Below, piece after piece: positions 50,934-61,737 of a stretch of DNA of 64,000 nt. The stretch comes from Candidatus Zhuqueibacterota bacterium (lineage in GTDB: Bacteria; Zhuqueibacterota; Zhuqueibacteria; Thermofontimicrobiales; Thermofontimicrobiaceae). Under the pieces are notes generated by a model that saw nothing but the letters and a program-made list of their open reading frames with translations, was not told where the DNA came from and ran no database searches. Position 1 is the first letter of the stretch. Every line of letters starts with the position of its first letter. The position numbers and the translations under genes are program-made. The DNA lies in assembly GCA_049322915.1 (NCBI GenBank), contig JBMOPW010000034.1:128001-192000 (forward strand), read 5' to 3'.

Positions 50934-51728
50934 TTAGACCGGTTCATTGCCGGATAAGTAGCGCCCGGGGTTTTTTACAAAAGGCAGATACAATCGAAAC
51001 GTTCGGAATTGCAGGTCTCTCCTGCTCTTTTGCGTGAGCTTATTCGGCCAGCCCGGCTTCTCACCGGTGACGATGTGCTTTTCGTCCAGCGTGTCGATGA
51101 GAGCATGAACAATCGCACAGTAGACGAGCAGGCGCTGCCGGGTGGCAGAATCTTTCACATTGAATAAAACCGTCAGCAGCGGGACGAACCAGCGATTGAA
51201 TTCTTCATTGGATAAAAACTCTTTTGTGAAATCAGCGAACGAGATGGCATAATAATCCGCGCCGACCTGCTTTATCAGCGAATCGCCCATGCCCCGTTGC
51301 CAGGCTCGCCCGACCAGGCCAATTTTCGCGCTCTCCAGCGCGCGGAAGAATGCCAGCAATTTATTTCCCCGCTTGTCAGTTCCCAAATTTGCGAACAGAC
51401 CTTCCAACCGGAGAATCTGAATTCGCGCCCAGAAATGGGCGAACAGATACATCAAATCCAGATAAGGAAACCACTTTTCAAAATCTTTGCGAACCGGCCG
51501 GGGCGCTCTGATCAACTCCTGGAAATCAGCCTGGGCCAGCGACCTGATTTTGCCGACCAATTCATCAGAAGCTTTCAGAATTGGGTCAAGATTTTTGTCG
51601 ATCAATTTCCTGGCAGATTTTTTTTCCTGCGATTTCAGACTGTACTCGCGATAGAAATAGTCGAGCAGTTTCACAATCAAACCGCTGATAAAACCTGCAC
51701 CCAGCAAATCAAGTAGACTTGTACTCAT
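50934..51728 (-). CDS. Hypothetical protein with an N-terminal TM helix
   Basis: 264-aa ORF; no recognisable motif. Confidence 0.6.
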   Translation of the reverse strand: MSTSLLDLLGAGFISGLIVKLLDYFYREYSLKSQEKKSARKLIDKNLDPILKASDELVGKIRSLAQADFQELIRAPRPVRKDFEKWFPYLDLMYLFAHFWARIQILRLEGLFANLGTDKRGNKLLAFFRALESAKIGLVGRAWQRGMGDSLIKQVGADYYAISFADFTKEFLSNEEFNRWFVPLLTVLFNVKDSATRQRLLVYCAIVHALIDTLDEKHIVTGEKPGWPNKLTQKSRRDLQFRTFRLYLPFVKNPGRYLSGNEPV

Positions 51729-51817
51729 TCTGCCCTGTCGAGGAATGGTGAGTTCAAAAGCCCGGTTTTATGAATTAAAAATTTCGGATTGGCAACGTGA
51801 AGTGCTGCGCCAATCGT

Positions 51818-53923
51818 TTAAGCGCCAATTTTCATTATAACGGTATAAAGCCATATTATCACGCCAACCAGAACCCAGCAGATCACAAAGCCCCAGATAT
51901 CCTGTTTGGTAGGTCTCCAGAATTCCCAATTGCTATTGGGAAATAGTTTATTTCGTCTCACAATTTCAGGATCATCCACAGCAGCCTGCACGCGCCGCGC
52001 ATCTTCCTTCTGATCGGCGACAGCGGGCGTGTGCACGCAGGCATAAAATTCCCGCAGTACCTTTTCCGAATTCGGTTTTGTAATGAAACTCACAAAAAAT
52101 AAAACGAGAAATGGAAAGACAATATCAAAGGCAAAAGATAGTGTGCCCAATTGCGGTTTGGATAATTGGGTCAGATCCACGCCCATCATTGATATGATAT
52201 ACAATTGCACCCGGAACATCCCCTGTCCGACGAACGGCGAATTGGGATCTTCAGGATTTTTTCGCACCACTGTTTCATAAAAGATGCCGGTCGGTGGATG
52301 CACCCGATGCTTTTGAATGAGTTGGCCAATGTGGTCGGCGGCGCCGCTTTGCACATCCTTCTCCACAGCTTTCGCCTGAACAACGATATCCCGCTCTTTT
52401 GTTTGAATCGTCAGTTTGGGATTTTCTCGGTTGTTGTTGATGCTGGGGACGATATTCGGCACGACAAACGTCAGAAAGATCGAAAGCAACATTTGAGCGA
52501 CCACTGCTTTGGTCGAAAGCCGGCGCCAGAAATAGACCAGCCACAATGCCGGACCGATAATAGTACCGACGGAAAGCACATATTTGAACACGACAAAGAT
52601 ATCGTTCACCATGCGGGCGAAGTAAATTGTCGCACCCATAATTGCAAAAATCACAATGCGTCCGACGATCACCTGTAGTCTTTCCGTCGCTCTAGAATAC
52701 ATGGGTAAAAAGATATTTTTGGTGAAAGCGGCCGACCATTCCAGGCTCGTCGTGCTGATTGTGGACATATTTGCTCCCATGATCGACGCAATCATGAGAC
52801 CTACAAAAGCAGGCCCCATCAGGTTTTTAGTCATGTGGCCCCAGATATTGGTGGGGTCGGACAATTGTCCCTGATATAAACCCACAGCAATGAGACCGGT
52901 TAACGCCCAACCGATCATGGCAAATCGTTTGATGAAGGCGCCGGTGACCATGCCGATCCGAGCGGAAAAATCATCTTTCGACGATCCGCCGTAGGTGAAA
53001 TTTCTTGGCGGTAACACCACCAGATTAATTGTGACCATAGCCAGCACAAAGTACCAGGTGTAATCGCTGGTTGCGGCGCTGCCGAACATTTCGAACATGT
53101 AATCCGGCACTTTTTCATGCAGGCCGGAAAAGCCGCCCAATGCTTTCAAGCCAATTGGCAAAAGCATGAACGACAGGATTAAAATCAATAAGCTTTGAAT
53201 AACATCATTCAGCACTGCCGCAAACAACCCTCCCAAAATAGTGTACGCGCTCACAATTGTCGCATATAATATATAAAAGACATTCATATTCAAATGGGAT
53301 ATATACGCGTGCAGTTCACCGCGTTTTTGCTTTTCCAATAAAATATTCAATCGCGCAATATCTGTCTCGTTCAATTGTTCGTTGCTCTGTTTCTGCTGCA
53401 ATGTCTGGAGTTCATTAAACTCCAACACGCTTTGCCGTTCCGCTGGCGTATACTCCTGTTCCTGTTTCACCATCATCGCTTGCATTGTTTTACCGGTCAA
53501 CAGGTAGCCAATGGATCCTCCATAAATCGCATTGAGCAAAATATAAATAGCGAACAGTCCGGCTAAAAATTTGCTCTCGAAACGATGGAGATAAATATCA
53601 CCGGGGCCCATGTAGCGGGCGCGTCGCTGAAGCACGGAAACAAACCAATAAAATGGCGTGAACAGCAACGGCAGGTTTTGAAACCACATCCCGGACAATC
53701 CCTGCCGATAAATTTCACGGGCAACCCCGGCGGCCTGGTCAGCGCTGGTGATGGTGCCGAAATGCATGGCAGTTGTCAAAAATTTCCCAAAACTGCGTCC
53801 TCCCTGGTAAAAATCCTGAGTGTTTTTAATTCGTCGTCGCGTCCACAACCCAATCATGACCATAATAGCAAAGTAGATAATAATAACAATCCAGTCTAAC
53901 AAATGAAGTCCAAGTAAATACAT
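51818..53923 (-). CDS. Sodium:solute symporter family protein
   Basis: LDW..Y, DFYQGGRSFG, YTILGG..A...D.IQ, ANMST. Confidence 0.85.
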   Translation of the reverse strand: MYLLGLHLLDWIVIIIYFAIMVMIGLWTRRRIKNTQDFYQGGRSFGKFLTTAMHFGTITSADQAAGVAREIYRQGLSGMWFQNLPLLFTPFYWFVSVLQRRARYMGPGDIYLHRFESKFLAGLFAIYILLNAIYGGSIGYLLTGKTMQAMMVKQEQEYTPAERQSVLEFNELQTLQQKQSNEQLNETDIARLNILLEKQKRGELHAYISHLNMNVFYILYATIVSAYTILGGLFAAVLNDVIQSLLILILSFMLLPIGLKALGGFSGLHEKVPDYMFEMFGSAATSDYTWYFVLAMVTINLVVLPPRNFTYGGSSKDDFSARIGMVTGAFIKRFAMIGWALTGLIAVGLYQGQLSDPTNIWGHMTKNLMGPAFVGLMIASIMGANMSTISTTSLEWSAAFTKNIFLPMYSRATERLQVIVGRIVIFAIMGATIYFARMVNDIFVVFKYVLSVGTIIGPALWLVYFWRRLSTKAVVAQMLLSIFLTFVVPNIVPSINNNRENPKLTIQTKERDIVVQAKAVEKDVQSGAADHIGQLIQKHRVHPPTGIFYETVVRKNPEDPNSPFVGQGMFRVQLYIISMMGVDLTQLSKPQLGTLSFAFDIVFPFLVLFFVSFITKPNSEKVLREFYACVHTPAVADQKEDARRVQAAVDDPEIVRRNKLFPNSNWEFWRPTKQDIWGFVICWVLVGVIIWLYTVIMKIGA

Positions 53924-54196
53924 GATTCTCTCCGCGTTTTTTTAAGACATTTTCTTATTAAATGGACGATTGAGTTTTTAATTTCTGAAGATAATGTATT
54001 CTTAAATTGAGCGATTAGCCAGCAGAAATCAGCCATCAGCTCATTCAAAAACAAGAAATAGAAACTCCAGCAAGGTTTCACTCATTCGGTGACAGGATAA
54101 TTCCAACTGAACATGCTGTTTTTCTTTTTGTTGAACGCTGAAAGCGAATCGCTTCTTTTAGAGTATTATAATTCCATATCTTCAAACTCTTTTGAT

Positions 54197-54850
54197 TTAT
54201 GAACGCTCTGTTGCTCCAGTCTCTTTCGTTCCGTGCCGGGGAACGATCTGTTCGATCACTCCCGGCGCGACAATTCCTCCGGACATCACCATTTTAATGG
54301 CTTTTTCGATGGAGAGTTTAATGGTCACGACTTCGTTCTCCGGGAAAAGAATTAAAAAACCGGTCGTGACGACTGGCACCGTTGGAATGAACACATTGGC
54401 CAGCCGTTCTCGTCCCTGCGGTGTTATGCGTTCCGTGCGGCTTGTTAAAAAACCAATCGCGTAACGCCCCTCCGCTGGATATTCAACCAATACCACTTCT
54501 TTGAAAGACATGTGGCTGGGAACTGTCACTGCCTGCATGAATTCCTTCGCCGCCGAATAGACAATGTTGACAAAAGGAATTCTGGCAAAGAATTTATCGG
54601 TGATTTCGATAATTTTTTTTCCAAAAAAGTTACTCGCCAGAAAGCCGGTGATCAGCACCACAAGCGTCGTGACAAGGACGCCCAAACCCGGCACGTGATA
54701 GCCAAACAATTTTTGCGGCAGCGAGCCTACCAGCCCATCGATTGTTGTGAACAGAAATTTCAACGCCAGGACGGTAGCGATAATGGGAACGGTCACTAGC
54801 AAGCCAGCTAAAAAGATGGTCCGCAGGTATTTAAAAATCGATTTGAACAT
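54197..54850 (-). CDS. DUF502 membrane protein
   Basis: FLAGLL, RIP.V..VYS, VFIPT.P..TGF, MVMSGG. Confidence 0.85.
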   Translation of the reverse strand: MFKSIFKYLRTIFLAGLLVTVPIIATVLALKFLFTTIDGLVGSLPQKLFGYHVPGLGVLVTTLVVLITGFLASNFFGKKIIEITDKFFARIPFVNIVYSAAKEFMQAVTVPSHMSFKEVVLVEYPAEGRYAIGFLTSRTERITPQGRERLANVFIPTVPVVTTGFLILFPENEVVTIKLSIEKAIKMVMSGGIVAPGVIEQIVPRHGTKETGATERS

Positions 54851-54879
54851 GAGCGACTCCATAAAATGCAATCATTGAA

Positions 54880-56880
54880 TTAACCTGCCTTGATTGGCAG
54901 CAGGATAACAGGAACCCCCTGATAATAAAATTTTCTTTGTATCGCGAAAACTGTGTAGTTGTGCAACCAGCGCGAAAACATGGGCTCTTTTGGAAAGACC
55001 AATTGCCCGCCGAAAAAAATAGAATTGGGAAATCGCTTCTGGATTTCAGGAGCAAGCTTCGTCACTTCTTCGATTACATCAATGCCAATGGCTGAGATTC
55101 CCTCGGCATACAACCCTTGCTTTTTAATGAACTCAACGTACCTGCCGAGGTCAGCATCAACTTTTTGCCGGAGTAATTTCATTTCCTCCGATCCCTTGAA
55201 CACCCCGGCATCGATGACCCCCACCTGGACAAATACAAAATTTTTCAATTCATCGCCGAACAAGCGAACGGCGCCAAACACCGTATGCAGTCCCAAACCG
55301 CCATATCCATTGACGAGCAAAATTGCTGTTCTGCCGTTCGGATCGATTTTATTCGTTTCTTTTTTTTCAGCTTGAGCAACTGAAATCGATTGATCCGCTG
55401 CCTCCACCAGGGAGTCCAGTCTCTCCATGAGGAGATGAATGCGGTTATAATGGCGTTTGACAAGCAAGGCCAATCCCACCAGTGCGCTTGTGACCAGCAC
55501 GGTTATCCAGCCGCCTTCATTAAATTTTATGACCGAAACTGAAAACAGAATAAAACCGGTCAAAAACATACCGATGCCATTGATCAAAAGTTTTCTTCGC
55601 CATTTTTTTTCATTGCCGCGTGAACGCCACCAATGACGCACCATTCCTAACTGGGACAGGAAGAACGTGATAAAAACATTGATACTGTAAAGAACAACCA
55701 GCAAGCGAACCGATCCTTTGGTGGCCAGCATCAGCACAAGAGAAAATCCACCCATGAGCAGGATGCCATTCTGCGTGACCAATCGGTCGCTGATCATCGC
55801 GAAGCGGCTGGGGAACCAGCGGTCCAATGCCATGTTGGACAACACGCGGGGACCATCCAGGAAGCCGGTTTGTGATGCGACAAAAAGCAAGACCGCTTCT
55901 GAAAATAACGTGACAAGAATAAATCCATAGGCCAGATTGCTGTTCCAATTCTCACTGATGGCATGAAGAAACACGGCGTTCAAGGTTTTTCCCGGGACGT
56001 GTTCCAGATGAAATAGCGCGTACCCTATCATTAAACCCAATACCATAAATGCCAGCGAAATAGACATATACCGCATGGTTCGCTTCGCTGTTTCAACTTT
56101 TGGCTCACGGAGAATCGGCATTCCATTGCTGACCGCCTCGATTCCGGTATAGGTTCCGGCGCCCATGCTGTACGCGCGCAGGATGAGCAAAATCGTTCCC
56201 AGAAGCCCAAGCTCGGTTTGTGTCTTTTGAAATTCAGCAGTCGTGGTAGAAATCACCGACGAGAAGTTCGATAAATGCGTTGCCAGCGTGTACACAATGG
56301 CGAAGGTATGCATGATCACAAAAATTATAAAAATCGGCACCAGCGGTACAACCGATTCCTTCACGCCTCTCAGATTGATTATGATAAGAATCAATAGTCC
56401 GAACACGGCGAAGTTAAGCCGATACGGATAATACGAATCAGGAAGAAAACTGAATATAGCATCCGCTCCGCTGGATATGGAGAGCGTAATGGTGAGCACA
56501 TAGTCGATTAAAAGAGCACTGCCGGAAATCATTCCAAAAGTTGGATTCAGCAATTTGGTAGCGACAAGGTACCCACCGCCTCCGGATGGAAACAACTCAA
56601 TAATCTGAGAATAACTGGTGCTGATGATAAAAATAGTAAGGGCCGACCCGAGGGCGATAAATAGTCCTAAATTAGAATGGCCATTTAGCGCCAAAAAGGC
56701 CTCCTCTGGACCATAACAGGAGGAAGAGAGGCCATCGGCTCCTAACCCGACCCAGGCAAAAAATGCGACCAGCGAAAGTTTATGAAAGATGTTTGGATCT
56801 TTATGGTCGCGCGCCGATCCAAGGATCAGTTCTTTCGCCTGATGCGGAAGAGATTGCTTGTCTTTTTTATTGAATATCAT
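54880..56880 (-). CDS. KimA-like (APC superfamily) K+ transporter
   Basis: DGLSSSCYGPEE, SY.Q....PSGGGGY, DYVLT, TGIEAVSNG; next to kdp. Confidence 0.75.
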   Translation of the reverse strand: MIFNKKDKQSLPHQAKELILGSARDHKDPNIFHKLSLVAFFAWVGLGADGLSSSCYGPEEAFLALNGHSNLGLFIALGSALTIFIISTSYSQIIELFPSGGGGYLVATKLLNPTFGMISGSALLIDYVLTITLSISSGADAIFSFLPDSYYPYRLNFAVFGLLILIIINLRGVKESVVPLVPIFIIFVIMHTFAIVYTLATHLSNFSSVISTTTAEFQKTQTELGLLGTILLILRAYSMGAGTYTGIEAVSNGMPILREPKVETAKRTMRYMSISLAFMVLGLMIGYALFHLEHVPGKTLNAVFLHAISENWNSNLAYGFILVTLFSEAVLLFVASQTGFLDGPRVLSNMALDRWFPSRFAMISDRLVTQNGILLMGGFSLVLMLATKGSVRLLVVLYSINVFITFFLSQLGMVRHWWRSRGNEKKWRRKLLINGIGMFLTGFILFSVSVIKFNEGGWITVLVTSALVGLALLVKRHYNRIHLLMERLDSLVEAADQSISVAQAEKKETNKIDPNGRTAILLVNGYGGLGLHTVFGAVRLFGDELKNFVFVQVGVIDAGVFKGSEEMKLLRQKVDADLGRYVEFIKKQGLYAEGISAIGIDVIEEVTKLAPEIQKRFPNSIFFGGQLVFPKEPMFSRWLHNYTVFAIQRKFYYQGVPVILLPIKAG

Positions 56881-57038
56881 TTTATGTCAATTGTACATTT
56901 TTTCTGAGTTAATTTCTGTTCAAAGGGTCCTTTTCAAAACCATCCTTTAAGTTACAGATGACAGCCTGGCTATTCAAACGGGTCTGATGAATCATATTTC
57001 CGATTTGAAAACACTTCGGATTAAAGCAGACTTTTTTT

Positions 57039-59057
57039 TCATGTGGCATCGATATCACCTTTGATCAGATCATAGAACAATTTCACATACTCCGGACTCT
57101 TTCTCGATTTGATAATGGATAGCGCGACGATATTGGCGAATGACTCCAATAAATGATCCTGTTCCGAGTTCAGTAGTTCATCTTTAAGCAAGCATAATAC
57201 GCCGATGGTCTGGTTATTGGCGGTAATTGGCCGGTAATACCATCGATCCGATGACAGCGTCTGAGTGTTCTTCCCTGCCGACTGGCCATTTTTAAACACC
57301 CATTCTGCGACCGCTATCTCGTCCTCCCCAAACGATGGCTGATGATGAATGACCTGCGTTTTAACTTCCAATTCCCCCTGGTCTTCCGGCAGCAAAATGG
57401 CAACGCTGCACTGAAATGCCTCGGCGATGTAGTTTGCAGCGCGATCCAGAATGTTTTCCAGGTCTTCCGCCAGCATCATTTCTTTGCTGAAAGAATACAG
57501 CGCAGAGGTAAATCGTTCTCGGCTGCGTGAACTTTCAATCTGCCAGTGGATGATTTTTGCCAGGACGCTGATAATAATAGTAATTGCAATGAACATAAAA
57601 AAGCTTGGAATGTACTTTAAATCAGCGACCCTGAATGTCATGAAGGGCGGCACAAAGAAGAAATCAAATGCGCAGACGGCAACCAGCGAGGCAAATAGGC
57701 CAACCCACATACCCCAGAGTATGCCGCTGGCGATTGCCGGGACGAGCAACATCATCGCGATATTAATGGGCTCAACCCAGCGCCTTAAAAACCACCCAAT
57801 CAGAACCGTGACAACAATTCCCAAAAAACTTAAAAGATAGGATCGATAGTTTTTAAATGATTTTTTACCTCTGGCATTGTACAAAGGCGCCGAAGATGTA
57901 TTTTCATCAGCTCCAACAATGAGCACATTGATTGATCCGCTTTTTCTCACCAAGTCCCTTAAAACTGAACCCTTGAAAACTTCTTCTATTCTCGATCGAT
58001 AAGATAATCCCGCAATGATGAGGTTAATATTCTTTTCTCTGGCAAAACGGAGCATTTCATCCGCGATATTATTGCCACTTAAAAATACGGTTCGGGCGCC
58101 CAATTCCTCTGCCAGTGTGATATTTTTCTCTAATTGCAGTTTGGCTCTTTCGTTCATTTTGACCTGTTGCGGCGAATCCACTGAAATCGCATACCATTCA
58201 GCATTCAAATCTTCAGCCATCCGATGCGCCATCCGAATGACTTTTTCTGATTTCGGGCTGGGGCTTATTCCCACCAATAGCCGCGTTCCGACCGGCCAGA
58301 CTTCCTGAATGAGATTATTTTCTTTGTACGACAATAAATCAACGTCGACCCGTTTTGCAGTATATTTGAGCGACAATTCCCTGAGAGCAAGAAGATTGCC
58401 CATTCGAAAGAAACGTTGCATCGCCTGCTTGGCTTTGTCAGGGACGTAAACCTTTCCTTCTTTCAGGCGCTCGATTAATTTTTCAGGAGGCAGGTCGACC
58501 AGTTCAATTTCATCCGCCATTTGCAGCAATCGATCAGGGACAGTCTCATCCACTTTAACATGAGAAATTTGATGGATGATATCGATCAGACTTTCGATGT
58601 GCTGAATATTGACGGTCGTATACACGTCGATGCCGGCGCTCAGCAGTTCTTCTATGTCCTGATAGCGTTTTTTGTGCCTGCTGCCGGGCACATTGCTATG
58701 GGCCAGTTCATCCACCAAAGCAATCTGCGGTTTTCGAGAGAGAATAGCATCCAGATCCATCTCTTCCAGGTGCAGGTTTTGATAAACGACATTTTTCCGG
58801 GGAACGATGCTGAGCCGGGTCAATAGTTCTTCTGTCTCTTTACGTCCATGCGTCTCAACAAGCCCGGCGAGCACGTCGGTCCCATTTTCCCGCATTGCAT
58901 TCGCCTCTGAAAGCATGCGGTATGTCTTCCCCACTCCTGCGCAGAAGCCTAAAAAGATTTTCAATTTTCCCTGGTTCCGCGAGGCAAGATTCACCTCGGC
59001 TTCTGCTTGTTGAAGCTTTCTTAATAGCTCATCAGGATTCGCGCGGTTATCTGACAT
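57039..59057 (-). CDS. kdpD: KdpD-like sensor (KdpD, USP, TM and GAF domains) lacking the histidine kinase core
   Basis: GKLKIF.G..AGVGKTY, ETHGR, LVDELAH, NL.ALREL; ends just after the GAF-like region. Confidence 0.85.
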   Translation of the reverse strand: MSDNRANPDELLRKLQQAEAEVNLASRNQGKLKIFLGFCAGVGKTYRMLSEANAMRENGTDVLAGLVETHGRKETEELLTRLSIVPRKNVVYQNLHLEEMDLDAILSRKPQIALVDELAHSNVPGSRHKKRYQDIEELLSAGIDVYTTVNIQHIESLIDIIHQISHVKVDETVPDRLLQMADEIELVDLPPEKLIERLKEGKVYVPDKAKQAMQRFFRMGNLLALRELSLKYTAKRVDVDLLSYKENNLIQEVWPVGTRLLVGISPSPKSEKVIRMAHRMAEDLNAEWYAISVDSPQQVKMNERAKLQLEKNITLAEELGARTVFLSGNNIADEMLRFAREKNINLIIAGLSYRSRIEEVFKGSVLRDLVRKSGSINVLIVGADENTSSAPLYNARGKKSFKNYRSYLLSFLGIVVTVLIGWFLRRWVEPINIAMMLLVPAIASGILWGMWVGLFASLVAVCAFDFFFVPPFMTFRVADLKYIPSFFMFIAITIIISVLAKIIHWQIESSRSRERFTSALYSFSKEMMLAEDLENILDRAANYIAEAFQCSVAILLPEDQGELEVKTQVIHHQPSFGEDEIAVAEWVFKNGQSAGKNTQTLSSDRWYYRPITANNQTIGVLCLLKDELLNSEQDHLLESFANIVALSIIKSRKSPEYVKLFYDLIKGDIDAT

Positions 59058-59068
59058 GGCTCATCCCA

Positions 59069-59668
59069 TTATAATTTTGAAAGCTGATCGAGAGCGAGAT
59101 TTAAACTAAGGACGTTGACTCCCTTTTGCCCCCAAACTCCGATGAAGTCAGGATCGGTATGCTGCTCAATCAATTGTCGAATTCGCTCCCCTGAAAGAGA
59201 TCGTGTTCTGGCGATTCGCGGCGCCTGGAGTAAGGCGTTTTGGACAGAGATGTGAGGATCCAACCCACTGGCGGAAGCTAATACCATGTCCGCCGGTATT
59301 TTCACGTCAGACGCCAGCGAATTCGTCCGTCGCGTCTCGGCGACTTGTTCTTTCACGATGTCCATAAGTTTCTGGCTCGATGGACCAAGATTGCTACCCC
59401 CGGATCCAGCAGCATTGTTATCCACCGCTGAAGGCCGGCTATGAAAATACGTGGAATCTGAAAATTGCTGGCCGATCAGTTTTGAGCCAACAATTCTCCC
59501 GTCACTCGTTATCAGACTGCCGTTAGCTTTTTCGGGCATAGTCATTCTGGCGATCCAGGTGATGGTCAACGGATACATGACGCCCAGGATAATCGATAAA
59601 ACGAAAAATATTTTCAGTGCAATGACTGCTTCGGATTTCAAATTGCTTTTCAAGGAAATTTCCTTCAC
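59069..59668 (-). CDS. kdpC: K+-transporting ATPase subunit C
   Basis: GS.LIGQ, YFHSRPS, SASGLDPHIS, VNVL.LNLALD. Confidence 0.95.
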   Translation of the reverse strand: MKEISLKSNLKSEAVIALKIFFVLSIILGVMYPLTITWIARMTMPEKANGSLITSDGRIVGSKLIGQQFSDSTYFHSRPSAVDNNAAGSGGSNLGPSSQKLMDIVKEQVAETRRTNSLASDVKIPADMVLASASGLDPHISVQNALLQAPRIARTRSLSGERIRQLIEQHTDPDFIGVWGQKGVNVLSLNLALDQLSKL

Positions 59669-59682
59669 AAATTAAATAACTG

Positions 59683-61722
59683 CTAAACCAAATGCAACCA
59701 TGTCGCCAAGAGATCAATCAGTTTAATCCCTATGAACGGCAACAGCAGACCGCCCAATCCATAGAGCAGCAGATTTCGCATCAATAAAATGCGCGGCGCT
59801 GTTTCGTGACTGGTCACTCCCTTCAACGCCAACGGAATCAAACAGGGAATAATGATCGCATTGAAAATGACAGCCGATAGAATCGCGCTCTGCGGATTGG
59901 CCAGTTGCATGATGTTCAGCAAGTTGAGCGCCGGATACTGAATGACAAACATGGCCGGGATGATGGCAAAATACTTGGCGACATCATTGGCAATGCTGAA
60001 CGTGGTCAATGACCCACGCGTGATCAGAATTTGTTTTCCAATTTCGACGATATCCAGGAGCTTGATCGGCGATGAATCGAGATCGATCATATTAGCCGCT
60101 TCCCTGGCGGCCTGCGTTCCGGCATTCATGGCCACAGCGACATCGGCTTGAGCCAGCGCCGGAGCGTCGTTCGTGCCATCGCCGATCATGGCAACCATGT
60201 AACCTTCGTTCTGAAATTCCCTGATCTTGCTCAACTTGGTCTCAGGTCTTGCCTGAGCGATAAACTTGCTGACACCTGCTTCAGCCGCAATCGCCGCGGC
60301 TGTATGAGGATTGTCCCCGGTGATCATGACCGATTGGATACCCATCTGATGAATCTGGCTTAACCGTTCTTTGATGCCAAGTTTCAAAACATCTTTCAGA
60401 CGAATCACGCCCAGCACCGTGCCGTTTGACGTCACAACCAGAGGCGTCCCACCCTCCTTTGCTACTTTTTCGACGGTGCTTTCTACTTCTTCCGGAAAAA
60501 AGGCGCCCAGATTTTTCACCAATTCTTTAATAGCGTCGACAGCCCCTTTTCGAATCTGAACTGCATCGAAATCAATACCGCTCATCCGGCTTTCAGCGCT
60601 GAAGTTGATGAACTTCGCACTGGTCGGGGCTTTCATGTCTCTTCCCCTCATTCGAAGGATCTCTTTGGCGAGAACGACAATACTTCGTCCTTCGGGCGTA
60701 TCGTCCGCGAGCGAGGAAAGCATTGCGGCTTTTGCCAGCTCTTCTTCGTGAATGCCATTGGCGGGAATGAACTCGGTAGCGCAACGGTTACCCAGAGTAA
60801 TCGTTCCTGTTTTATCCATGAGCACGATATTGACATCGCCGGCAGCCTCGATGGCTCTGCCACTGAGTGCAATGACATTGTGAGCTAACAAGCGATCCAT
60901 GCCGGCAATCCCTATTGCCGGGAGCAATCCGCCGATGGTCGTTGGCATTAAACAGACCAGAAGCGCCGCCAGTACCGGCACCGAAATCATCACCCCGGAA
61001 TAGCCTGCAAGATATTTCAGTGTAATCACCACCACTAAAAACAACACGGTAAGACCAACCAATAGTATCTCCAGCGCCTTCTCATTCGGAGTTTTCTGGC
61101 GTTTGGCATTCTCAACCATTTTAATCATCTGGTCGAGAAAAGTTTCGCCAGGATTGGCTGTGATCCTAATCTTAATCTTGCCGGAGACAATCCGTGTTCC
61201 TCCGGTGACCCCTGTTTTATCGCCGCCGGCTTCCCGGACGACCGGCGCGGATTCGCCTGTAATCGCTGATTCGTCGATCAAAGCGACCCCTTCGACGATA
61301 TCGCCATCACAGGGAATGATTTCACCATCTTCGGCAGCGACCAGATCGCCCTTGACCAGCATCATCGCATTGATCGGTTCAATCTTTCCATCGGCGTATA
61401 TTTTTTTTGCAATCACATCTGTTCTGGACTGCTTGAGGGATTGCACCTGGGCCTTGCTTTTTCCTTCTGCCAGCGCTTCGGCGAAATTGGCAAACAACAC
61501 GGTAAACCACAGCCAGAGACTGATCTGGAGGTCGAAGCCATAGCTCTTACCTGCCATGATATTTTGAGCCATGATACAGGTTGTAATAATTGAGCCAAGC
61601 TCCACCACAAACATGACCGGATTGCTGAGCATATTCAGCGGGTTCAGCTTAAAAATTGCATCGCGCATCGCCGCCAAAATTATTTTCGACTGCCAGATAC
61701 TCTTTTGCCCACCTGTTGACAT
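59683..61722 (-). CDS. kdpB: K+-transporting ATPase subunit B
   Basis: [31 protein letters not shown]. Confidence 0.97.
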   Translation of the reverse strand: MSTGGQKSIWQSKIILAAMRDAIFKLNPLNMLSNPVMFVVELGSIITTCIMAQNIMAGKSYGFDLQISLWLWFTVLFANFAEALAEGKSKAQVQSLKQSRTDVIAKKIYADGKIEPINAMMLVKGDLVAAEDGEIIPCDGDIVEGVALIDESAITGESAPVVREAGGDKTGVTGGTRIVSGKIKIRITANPGETFLDQMIKMVENAKRQKTPNEKALEILLVGLTVLFLVVVITLKYLAGYSGVMISVPVLAALLVCLMPTTIGGLLPAIGIAGMDRLLAHNVIALSGRAIEAAGDVNIVLMDKTGTITLGNRCATEFIPANGIHEEELAKAAMLSSLADDTPEGRSIVVLAKEILRMRGRDMKAPTSAKFINFSAESRMSGIDFDAVQIRKGAVDAIKELVKNLGAFFPEEVESTVEKVAKEGGTPLVVTSNGTVLGVIRLKDVLKLGIKERLSQIHQMGIQSVMITGDNPHTAAAIAAEAGVSKFIAQARPETKLSKIREFQNEGYMVAMIGDGTNDAPALAQADVAVAMNAGTQAAREAANMIDLDSSPIKLLDIVEIGKQILITRGSLTTFSIANDVAKYFAIIPAMFVIQYPALNLLNIMQLANPQSAILSAVIFNAIIIPCLIPLALKGVTSHETAPRILLMRNLLLYGLGGLLLPFIGIKLIDLLATWLHLV

Positions 61723-61737
61723 AAATTTGGTCCCAAT

